Of a stretch of 8,286 bases of DNA, positions 1 to 7,841 are shown one piece after another. The translations under genes and the position numbers were made by a program. The stretch lies in assembly GCA_054661495.1 (NCBI GenBank), contig BAAFSQ010000383.1, positions 1-8,286 of the forward strand, written 5' to 3'. Below the pieces are notes generated by a model. It was not told the DNA's origin. It ran no database searches and saw nothing but the letters and a program-made list of their open reading frames with translations. Within the stretch, counting starts at the first letter, position 1. Each line of letters opens with the position of its first letter. The stretch is from Zygophlyctis sp. KS116 (Eukaryota; Fungi; Chytridiomycota).

Positions 1-1
1 A

Positions 2-601
2 CTTTTATATGGGATTGAGCCGCGCTTGATTGGAGATATTAATACACCAAGACAGTTCAGAGCACCTTTGACAGAACCAGAAGAACAGGTTTTAATCTAT
101 GAAAGAAATGCAGATGAATTAGATGAAATAGGAGATAATCGAGCTGCCGCTTATCAACGGTCATTGGCTCAGGCTGAAAAGATGAAAGCTTCAAACTCTA
201 GAGATGAATATGAATTTAAATTTGAAATTGGAGAATGGGTGAAGCGAAAAAGAGGTCTTAAGACGAAATTTCAAACAAATTGGACCGGACCTTTCACAAT
301 TGTAGGCCATGGATTCCCAGGAACGTATTGGTTGATGACGCCGGATGGTAAAAGGTTATCTAATTTAGTAAATGAAACTCACTTAGCAAAATGGATATCT
401 AAGGAAAGCGATGAAGAGGTAAGACAGGAAGACGAGTCAGTGGAACTTGTTCCACCAGAGGAGGGGAATATTGATAGATATTTAGGGACTTTGGACTTGG
501 ATATTGGTAGAGAAGTCAAGTTAGATGATGATTTATATTACAATAGTTCACACTCTCCTGCTCCTACCGCCTTGGACGCACTCCTAGTACCTTTTCCCTG
601 A
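2..601 (+). CDS. Ty3/Gypsy Pol polyprotein, integrase C-terminal region (5'-partial, no chromodomain seen)
   Basis: Frame +2 is open from nt 2 (LLYGIEPRLIGD...FEIGEWVKRK...KFQTNWTGPFTIVG...GTYWL...LVNETHLAKW) to TGA at 599-601. No stops or frameshifts. The ORF-track start at 26 is not the real start. Confidence 0.85.
   Translation, partial: LLYGIEPRLIGDINTPRQFRAPLTEPEEQVLIYERNADELDEIGDNRAAAYQRSLAQAEKMKASNSRDEYEFKFEIGEWVKRKRGLKTKFQTNWTGPFTIVGHGFPGTYWLMTPDGKRLSNLVNETHLAKWISKESDEEVRQEDESVELVPPEEGNIDRYLGTLDLDIGREVKLDDDLYYNSSHSPAPTALDALLVPFP
457..468 (+). other. Polypurine tract of the Gypsy element
   Basis: AGAGGAGGGGAA, followed 3 nt later by TG at the LTR start. Confidence 0.8.
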
Positions 602-767
602 CTCAGGGTTTTTAAAGGCTATGAAGTGGCGTAGTTTTTAGTTGTTTTATCGAATAAACTAATCTACTTCTGATTGGTTTGCTTTGAGATTGATTCCTTG
701 ATCTCTGAATAGATAAATAATACTTGGTTTACCTACTTTTAGGATAAAAGAACCCACCATTTTATCA
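472..767 (+). repeat. 3' LTR of the Gypsy element (~296 bp)
   Basis: Starts TGATA right after the PPT and ends TATCA (5-bp terminal inverted repeat). AATAAA motifs lie near 653 and 715. The partner 5' LTR is not in the window, so the right boundary is inferred. Confidence 0.7.
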
Positions 768-775
768 AAAATAAG

Positions 776-857
776 GCAGATATGGCCGAGCGGTCTATGG
801 CGGAGGTCTTAAGATCCTCTCTCGAAAGAGGCGTGGGTTCGAACCCCACTGTCTGCA
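776..857 (+). tRNA. tRNA-Leu(UAA), intronless, long variable arm
   Basis: Acceptor stem GCAGATA/TGTCTGC with discriminator A857. D stem GCC/GGC. Anticodon arm GAGGT-CT TAA GA-TCCTC (anticodon 810-812, T:T at 31:39). Variable arm CTC-GAAA-GAG. T arm GTGGG-TTCGAAC-CCCAC. A box at 783-793, B box at 836-846. No encoded CCA. Confidence 0.95.
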
Positions 858-863
858 TGATGA

Positions 864-868
864 TTTTT
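864..868 (+). terminator. RNA polymerase III terminator (T5)
   Basis: TTTTT 6 nt after the tRNA discriminator base. Confidence 0.75.
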
Positions 869-1189
869 ATCGGCCATTGCGAGATTTTTTGCGGTTGGTG
901 GTTCTGGTTTGAACATATATCGGCACTAGCAAATTCAATCATAATTACGTTTATTTGACTAGCCTTGAGCACTCAGCAAACATCGATATCCTGTAACTAC
1001 AGATTAGGTTAACTGGAGTGACTTGGTAGAGACTTATTGATAAATTTGGAATGACGTTCAGCGGTTAGCCTGACGATTATTCGAATGTTATAGTGCTCAC
1101 CCAAGAAAATCTAATTGAAAATCAAAGCAATCAGTATAGCGATCTCTCGGCATTGTATCTTTTCAGGATCTACATTAATACTAAAAGAC

Positions 1190-1399
1190 AGTGCCCGAGT
1201 ACAACATAGGCTCGAAACGATTTGTGGTCCCTTTTCAGTATCAAGAGGAAACAAAAAATAATTTTTATCGTTTTTCGATGAGAATGCAAGATTTAACTGG
1301 ATATTTCTGATAGAGAGGGGAGAGGAAGTCTTTAATATTTTCATGGAATTTATTAAGTACTTGGAAACACAGTTTAAAAGGACTCCAAAGATTCGATAG
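1190..1399 (+). pseudogene. Ty1/Copia integrase core fragment
   Basis: Manual translation HRLETICGPFSVSRGNKK*FLSFFDENARFNWIFLIERGEEVFNIFMEFIKYLETQFKRTPKIR* matches the Copia pattern D(I/V)CGP...YFLTFIDDxSRxxWxxxLxxKxEV. It is missed by the ORF track because of the internal stop. Confidence 0.8.
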
Positions 1400-1453
1400 G
1401 AAACGATAATACTTTTGAACCAGAAGAGTAAAGAGATTCATATAATTGATTGA

Positions 1454-1560
1454 ATTGAAAATCATGCTACATTTAGGGGAAAGGATTAGCTGTATTTCAG
1501 TATCGTACGGAGAAAACTCACTATAGCTACATCTTCTTTGATCTTAAATCGGCTTTTGAG
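1454..1560 (+). pseudogene. Possible reverse transcriptase remnant (LINE-like)
   Basis: ENHATFRG (resembles QxGFR), then in another frame YSYIFFDLKSAFE (resembles FxDLxKAFD). Short and degenerate. Confidence 0.4.
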
Positions 1561-1718
1561 ATTTATTCCACCCTTCAGAGTTTCCAAAGTAACAATCAGA
1601 AGTGTTGTGTGACTTAGGGCCCAATTTCTGTATTTTATCCACTAACCCTTACAAGATTTGGTTACCTGAAACGCAATGGCAACCTTTCTTTGACGGCTTT
1701 GTCGACTTGTAGTCATTA

Positions 1719-2320
1719 GTGGACATCTTCTTCCTAGATGGCTTTCCCAAAATTATTCAATCGGATAATGGAAAGGAATTTGTGAATTGTTTCACACGCA
1801 AAATCTGTACAGAATCTGATATTGACCACCAATTGATATCACATTATAACCCTAAACCAAATGGTCCTGACGAAAGATGGATTCAAACAACTTCACAAGC
1901 TATCTACAAACTGCTAGATGGTAATATTAATAGTTGGGATGTGTTTGTTTTTACAGTTCAATACTTAGGGTTAAAATCGGTGGTTGACATGGTTCTGCCC
2001 AATGCCTTTGACAATTTCTCCAATTCTCTGCAATCAGAGCAGAATTATGAGCAATTTCAGAAAAAGCTGGAAAATATAACGTGTCTAGTGTATCCCATAA
2101 TAAGGAAAAAAGCAGAAGAATCTCCTAATAGAACTTCTTGGCATCATTCAAAATGCAAACCTATATTATCTCACGAGAAGTTTCCTCCCGGTTCTCTGGT
2201 TATGTTAATAGACGACACTAGACAAAATAGGTCAGATCCTCCATATGAAGGTACATTCATTGTCATTAGAAGGAAAAATGGCGGGCATATATTTAAAAGG
2301 AAAGGATGGCTCTGAATATC
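1719..2320 (+). pseudogene. Second, degraded Ty3/Gypsy integrase (core and C-terminus)
   Basis: GFPKIIQSDNGKEFVN...ISHYNPKPNGPDERW...WD...PPYEGTFIVIRRKNGG. The TPF..FGR segment is missing or replaced near 1965, and there is a frameshift near 2285. Clearly different in sequence from the element at 1-767. Confidence 0.85.
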
Positions 2321-2384
2321 ATGAAAATTATTAACAAAACAGATAATATCGACTCCTTCTTCTCCCCCTAAGACCTAACCCTTA

Positions 2385-3859
2385 ACTCCAGCGTCTAAAA
2401 ATTGAAGCAGAAGAAAATGAAATGAAGATTATCAAACAAGGTACTGTGGTTATGAGAGCTGTCTTGACTGGCAACCTGTAAGAGATTAAAGAGGAATACA
2501 AGTGTGTTGATCTTTCACTAATTGATTGGCACAGAAGGCTTAGGGAACACCTAAACCTGGAGTACGTCAAGAAACTTGAATCTATGGCTGAAGGAGTCGA
2601 AATTATGGATAAAGGAAATACTCATGGAAAATGTGAGACCTGTATCCATGCTAAGTCAACGAGAGCTTCATTTACCAATAAGGGCAGTGGCAAAGTAACA
2701 GCAGTGCGACATGCAGTCTCAGCTGATTTAGGATTATTTCAAATAAGACTTTTAGTGGAGAAAGTTCATTTGTTTTATAAACAGATCATGCTTCTGATTT
2801 TACAGTTGGGTTCGTGTTAAAGCAAAAAGGTGATCAATCGGAGGCCTTCAAACAATATCATGCGTTAGTCACAAAGCATTTTGGGCATGATATGAAGATC
2901 TTAAATGAAGATGGTGGAGGAGAGTTTATAAATGCACAGATGAGAGAATTTTGGTTAATGTTGATAAAGATCGACCTGATGATATTGTTTAACTTACTAC
3001 TCGAATTGCTACTCCAGAACCAAAAAATGTGTTAGGTCATGCACCAAATGCTCACATAGCAGCTAGAAGTTATAAATGGCAAGATGAAAATTTAAAGGCA
3101 CCGAAATACATCTCTGGTGATGTGAATGATGAAAACATTTTGGGGAGTTTAGAATCCAAAGTTACTCGAGGAAAAGTGTATTTACCACAAGCTAATATAA
3201 CGATGAAAGAGGAGAATCCCAGCACTGTTGAAGAAGCATTAAATAGTCCAGAACGAGATAACTGGAAAAGAGCGCTGGACATTGAATATTTTGGTTTAAT
3301 TGAACGAGGCACCTGGGAACCACGTCAGTTACCTCAAGGACGGAAAACTTTAATTTGCAAATGGGTGTTTAAGCTTAAAGGAGATGTTTCAGGAAAAAAG
3401 GAAAGTATAATGCTCGTTCGGTCGCTCGAGGGTTTACACAGGAGGAAGGAATATATTTTACCGATACTAATGCACCTGTGATGAAATTTGAAACATTCAG
3501 AATACTGATTGCTTTAGCTTTGTACTTGGGACTAAATATTAGTTCATATGCCTACTCTGAAATTGATCGAGAGATATATATGACACAACCTGACAATTAT
3601 GAAGTCGGTAGATGTGTTTTAAGGCTCAAAAAGGTATGATATGGATTAAGGCAATCAGCTAAACTTTGGAATGATGATCTAAAAGAAAAATTATTGTATT
3701 TTGGATCGATCAATCAGGGAGTAGGGATTGTTTATATGTGTTATGAACAATAGTTTTTGCTTGATATTGGTATACGTGGATGACATATTAGTGTTTTCTA
3801 ACTCTACTAAAATCCGAGAAAATTTGGAACAACATTTAAAACAATATTACGACATAACT
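2385..3859 (+). pseudogene. Degraded Ty1/Copia pol (pre-integrase Zn finger, partial integrase, RT)
   Basis: WHRRL..HL...CETC; ILNEDGGGEFIN; PSTVEEALNSPERDNWKRALDIE...GTWE...CKWVFKLK; KYNARSVARGFTQ; IYMTQP; YGLRQS; YVDD at 3773-3784. Multiple stops, frameshifts and internal deletions. IN-before-RT order indicates Copia. Confidence 0.9.
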
Positions 3860-3878
3860 TATTATAAAAAGTTAATTA

Positions 3879-3905
3879 CCGTAAATGCGCCGGTCGAACG
3901 AGCAC
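3879..3905 (+). repeat. Putative left TIR of the pogo element
   Basis: TA|CCGTAAATGCGCCGGTCGAACGAGCAC, a GC-rich patch 80 nt before the transposase ATG. It resembles the CCGTA...GCAC ends of Tc2/pogo-like elements. The partner end is absent. Confidence 0.55.
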
Positions 3906-3958
3906 GTAAAAGTTTTTTTCGCGTAATTTTTTCTAAGAGAGTTCGCTAGACAAAGAGA

Positions 3959-5130
3959 ATGGAAAATACTCCTGTGCATAAGAGACAGCGGAATTACAAT
4001 TTCGATTTAAGCCAGAAGAAAACGATTACTTCTATTAGCTCAAAAAAACACTCCATCAGCAGTATGCAACGAATATGACATACCAAAAGGGACTTTCTGG
4101 GGATGGTACAAGCAAATTGACACTAATGTTGATTATCTAAATGCTCAACTGACATTTCATACAGGACCAAAGCCTATGGGACAGCACTTGGAAAATTCAA
4201 TTGATTCTTTTATAGAATATCAAGAAGAAGGTCATATGGAATGCACCTGGATTCTATTGTTTTCGAAATTACCAAATTTGACAAGGATTTTATGAATGGA
4301 GACTTCTCTTAAATAAAGAAATGGCTCTATAGATATCTTCAAAGAAACGATTTTTCTATTCGAACCAAGACATATGTAGCACAAAAATTATGTGATGTTG
4401 ATAAGTGTCTTGATTTTACTATGTACGCTAATCAGTTAAGAGACTTGTTTAATATTCATCCTGATTTTGCCATTAACATGGATGAGACCCCATGTTATTA
4501 TGACAATCAGCCAAATCGGAAAGTCGTATCAAAAGGCGCTAAATCAGTGAATGGAGCTAAAACCAGAACGTGTGATTTTCGAGCTACGGTGTGTTTAGCT
4601 GTTACTTTATCAGGCAAGAAGTTAGAGCCAGTGGTCATATTTAAAGGCCAGCCAGATAATTTAATTTTCATCTAACATCAGGTAAAACAAACGAAAAAAA
4701 AGCCACAATTGGTAATGGATATTCTTCTTCGGCAAAGTACTGTTTTAAAGCCAAAGCCTGGAATGATACAGTGGCTATGCTCAAATGGTTTGACCTTATT
4801 CTTAAACCATATTTAGCTCAAAATCAAGGACTGTCTCATGATATTTTAGATGATTATTCATCTCACAAGGATGAAGCTGTGATTCAAAAAATACGCTCCC
4901 TAGGTTGTATTGTAAGTATTTTGCAAGGGGGCACAACTTCACAAATTCAAGTTTTAGACGTCGGGATAAACAAGCCGTTTAAGGACCATTTGAAGAAGAA
5001 ATGGGTCGATTTCATGATTATACATAATTCCGCCAACGATATAGATATAACTCGTCAATTATTGTCTCATTGTATAACAGTAAGCTTTGGAGAAATTTCA
5101 ACATATACTAGGGTTAGGAGTTTCTGCTAG
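3959..5130 (+). pseudogene. pogo-like transposase (HTH/CENP-B-like plus DDE_1 domain)
   Basis: ATG at 3959; WLYRYLQRNDFSIRTKT; INMDETP; TVCLAVTLSGKKLEPVVIFKG; KAWND; ILDDYSSH, then 35 residues to VLDVGINKPFK. Frameshifts and a stop in the N-terminal part. Confidence 0.9.
4656..4681 (+). other. Putative 26-nt intron in the pogo transposase (donor reads AT, presumed mutated GT)
   Basis: ATAATTTAATTTTCATCTAACATCAG has a CTAAC branch motif and a CAG acceptor. Removing it fuses ORFs 4421-4675 and 4771-5130 in frame: FKGQP-G-KTNEKK...YCFKAKAWND. Confidence 0.65.
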
Positions 5131-5131
5131 G

Positions 5132-5759
5132 ATGTTTAGGCCGGATATAAGTTATGCTGTGGATTATTTAGCACGTTTGTTAGATAAATATTCTAATATT
5201 CATTGGAATCAGGCTAAAAAGGTAGTTAGATACTAAATTCTACAAAAAATTATGCGATGGTATATATAAAGTCTTCACTTAAAATTACTTGTTATGTAGA
5301 TGCTATTTTTAAGGGAGATGGAATTGATTGTAGATCAACGACGGGATATTTAATTTATCCAGGAAATAATTTGGCCATTTGGAAATCTATTAAACAAAAG
5401 ACAACATCACTTAGTACTGCAGAAGCAGAAATAATATCGGTCAGAGAATGTTTAAAAGACGCAATTTGGTTAAGAGAAATCATAAAAGATTTGAAATGTG
5501 GAGAACAGTCAATTACAATCAAAGAAGACAATCAAGCGTGCAATAAACTCTGTGAAAAACAACTGATAAACTCCCTAATTATATCGCGTTACCAATTTCG
5601 TTTATTCGTGAACAAGTCAAAAATGGCATTGACAACTTTGAATACTGCTAAACGAATGATACGATAGCGGATGGTCTAACGAAGGCATTAGGTCCGAATA
5701 GAGTTCAGGAGTTCAGGGAATTGATGAATATTCGTGATGGGGGAGTTTTGGATGATTAA
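5132..5759 (+). pseudogene. Ty1/Copia RT C-terminus and RNase H
   Basis: RPDISYAV...HWNQAKKVVRY; CYVDA...RSTTGY...WKSIKQKTTSLSTAEAE...EDNQA; FIREQV; ADGLTKAL. Frameshifts present. Confidence 0.9.
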
Positions 5760-5855
5760 GAATAAGTGCTTTTATTAATAGATCAATCCTATTAATAGCA
5801 AATACTATAAATAGGATGAATAGACTAAAAATAATTATCAATTTATTTTGACAAC
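5739..5855 (+). repeat. Copia PPT and short or degraded 3' LTR
   Basis: GGGGGAG followed by TTTTGGA (expected TGTTGGA). CTATAAATAG at 5805-5814. Possible end ACAAC at 5851-5855. Confidence 0.5.
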
Positions 5856-6008
5856 TTTACTGAGCAAACAAAAGATAGTGAGTCTTTTATCATTTTACTT
5901 GTGTGGGTAGATGATATGAGAATAGCCTCAAAGTCTAGTCAAGCGATTGAACGTTGTATTCGAACTATTTTTGACAAATTTCCTGGAAAGAACCTGGGAG
6001 ATTTGACC
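5856..6008 (+). pseudogene. Ty1/Copia RT active-site fragment from another family (WVDD)
   Basis: FTEQTKDSESFIILLVWVDDMRIASKSSQAIERCIRTIFDKFPGKNLGDL. Confidence 0.8.
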
Positions 6009-6060
6009 TCAAATCAACTTTTGCAGTCTATGTGAATGGGAATCCTGTGGAATAAACCTC

Positions 6061-6235
6061 TGAATCGTCATCCTAGTGATATAACGTAATGCATCACGTC
6101 ATTACTCTTATCGGTAATTAAAAGAAGGAATAACTTAATCTAGGTGATTAAGAAGTTAAAGGAGACTAGAACTGAAAGAAATAAATTATTGATTGAAGAA
6201 ATTAATTACTTGATCTATAAATAAAGAGCTATAAA
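6061..6235 (+). repeat. Possible diverged LTR remnant related to the LTR at 6556-6860
   Basis: Colinear shared words ACGTCAT, TATCGG, AAATAAATTAT and the 16-mer TTGATCTATAAATAAA (6210-6225 and 6731-6746). Confidence 0.45.
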
Positions 6236-6241
6236 GTTTAC

Positions 6242-6525
6242 AATCCTGTTTGTTGAAAGTCACTAAAGCAATCAATCACAGCTAAGAGCCTAGCAGAGTC
6301 AGAATATGTTGCGTTTTCACAAGGGGTATCAGATGTATTATTTGTCAGGGCAATATTGATGGAGTTAAAATTGGAAGTTGAAACACCAATTGAAGTATGA
6401 GAATAACCAGGCAGCAATTCAAATTTAAAAAACCCAGTATACAAGTCAGAGATCAAAACAAGTGAATGTACATTATCACTTTATAAGAGACTACGTGAAA
6501 ATGGGTGTGATCAATATCAGAAACT
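6242..6525 (+). pseudogene. Ty1/Copia RNase H fragment
   Basis: NPVC*KSLKQSITAKSLAESEYVAFSQGVSDVLFVRAILMEL...NQAAIQI...VHYHFIRDYVKMGVI. The ADxxTK segment is deleted. Confidence 0.85.
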
Positions 6526-6555
6526 GAAGTTAGGAGTGCCGATTTCAGAGGGGAG

Positions 6556-6860
6556 TGTTGAAGCGTGAAATGCAACATTGCTCCGTCACTCGAGAAACGT
6601 CATCTACATGATGTATCGGAAGATTCATTGTTAGAAAATAAATTATAACTGTTTAACCACTTTATTTCAGCATAGTGCAAGTGAGACTCCTAATCAGTCA
6701 AATTTACTACTTTTATTTTTGTTAACTTAATTGATCTATAAATAAAATGCGGCAGTCTTTAAATAGAACATCCAAGAATAGAATGAGAAAGTCATATCTT
6801 AACTCTTGTACTTAATTGCGCGTACTAACATATGATACGTACTTTTCCACCGAGTTAACA
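6556..6860 (+). repeat. Copia 3' LTR (~305 bp) preceded by PPT 6547-6555
   Basis: AGAGGGGAG then TGTTGA...TTAACA, with an internal TATAAATA at 6737. Confidence 0.7.
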
Positions 6861-6886
6861 CAATGTGTCTAGGGTTAGAATAAAAC

Positions 6887-7669
6887 TCACATTATACCAA
6901 ATAAATCATGTTCCATTATCTTACTTTGAAACAAAGTCAAATATTTATCAATTAGTCCCAAAATAGCCAGGCACTTTTCACAATTTGAATTTATACATTC
7001 ATACATTACAAAATCAAGTATTCTTTCCATTTGCTCATCCTTCTTAGCTGATAGAGCTAAATTCCGCTCAGTAACTACATTGCGGAGAACATCCATGGAG
7101 TTATAGATACTTTCGATGCATCTAAACAGGCTAACCCATCTCGTTTCCATTTGTAATGATTCCAGTCTAGCAATAGGAATATGATTGACTTTGGAGAAAG
7201 AAAACTAGATTTTTACAGTTTTCAGAAAAAATCAAGAGGTTCGCAAATAAATAGCCTTCAGGATACATCGCAACTTTATATGGATTACTGTCAGAGGTTA
7301 TTTGCTTTTGTTTTTGAAGGATGAAAAATATCTTTCACTAGAAGATTCAGGGCATGCGCTACACAAAAATAAAAGAATTTATCAGGAAACTTATTCTCCA
7401 ATGATTTCCATGCTGCTTGGTTTGCTTTAATATTATCAGTAACCACGCCACACACCTAGTAATAATTAATTTCTTTCGCTTACTTTATCTTTTATTGGGG
7501 TCATAACTCGGATTATATCATCCGCTAAAAACATAGCATTGTGCGATTGCTCTCCAGTGTTGAGTCTTTCCAAAAGAAAGGCTTTTTGGGGAGAAATAGC
7601 CATATAATTTACGAATGGTTCACCGTTGACATTAGACGATGCATCAGACGTAAAACAAGGGTAATCCTG
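6887..7669 (-). pseudogene. hAT transposase fragment 1 (DUF659-type core)
   Basis: Minus strand: FTSDASSNVNGEPFVNYMAISP...TGEQSHNAMFLADDIIRVM; VVTDNIKANQAAWKSLENKFPDKFFYFCVAHALNLLVKDIF; YPEGY; ETRWVS. Frameshifts present and both ends truncated. Confidence 0.9.
7456..7483 (-). other. Putative 28-nt GT-AG intron in hAT fragment 1 (phase 0)
   Basis: GTAAGCGAAAGAAATTAATTATTACTAG. Removal gives in-frame RVMTPIKDK|VCGVVTDN. Confidence 0.8.
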
Positions 7670-7841
7670 TGTAGTTCAAAAATAATCATTGAAAAAGTGG
7701 CCACGCAAACTCCCCCAAGAAGACTAGCTAGAAGATATGCCTCTTTTCTTGTATTTATTTTCTTCTAAGAAAACTGGTATATCTCCTGCATCTGAAGGAT
7801 ATAAACTTAGGAGCCTGAGCCTCATTTTGGATTAACCCTAA

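Larger units (their letters stand above)
1..767 (+). mobile_element. 3' end of a Ty3/Gypsy LTR retrotransposon (integrase C-terminus, PPT, 3' LTR); 5' part lies outside the window
   Basis: Open frame from window start with LLYGIEP and WTGPFTIV (GPY/F module), then a purine tract at 457-468 and an LTR bounded by TGATA/TATCA. Confidence 0.85.
3879..5130 (+). mobile_element. 3'-truncated pogo-superfamily DNA transposon (DD35D)
   Basis: TA followed by a CCGTA... left end and a transposase pseudogene. No matching right TIR found. Confidence 0.8.

Noticed and set aside
776-857. tRNA as SINE head or primer-binding site
   Set aside because: It is a complete sense-strand cloverleaf with an immediate T5 terminator and follows a 3' LTR. 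A PBS would be a short antisense match after a 5' LTR.
739-972. 77-aa minus-strand ORF
   Set aside because: Antisense to the tRNA gene; VGFEPT is the typical translation of a tRNA T-arm.
1111-1465. Two minus-strand ORFs (77 and 66 aa)
   Set aside because: Shadows of the plus-strand Copia integrase fragment.
2382-3312. Minus-strand ORFs 2382-2570 and 3070-3312
   Set aside because: Antisense to recognisable Copia pol motifs, with no independent signal.
5773-5797. 9-bp hairpin TATTAATAG-N7-CTATTAATA
   Set aside because: AT-rich self-palindromic duplication inside an LTR remnant; no support for function.
6238-6456. 72-aa minus-strand ORF
   Set aside because: Antisense to the Copia RNase H fragment.
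7541-7768. 75-aa plus-strand ORF
   Set aside because: Mostly antisense to the hAT transposase fragment.
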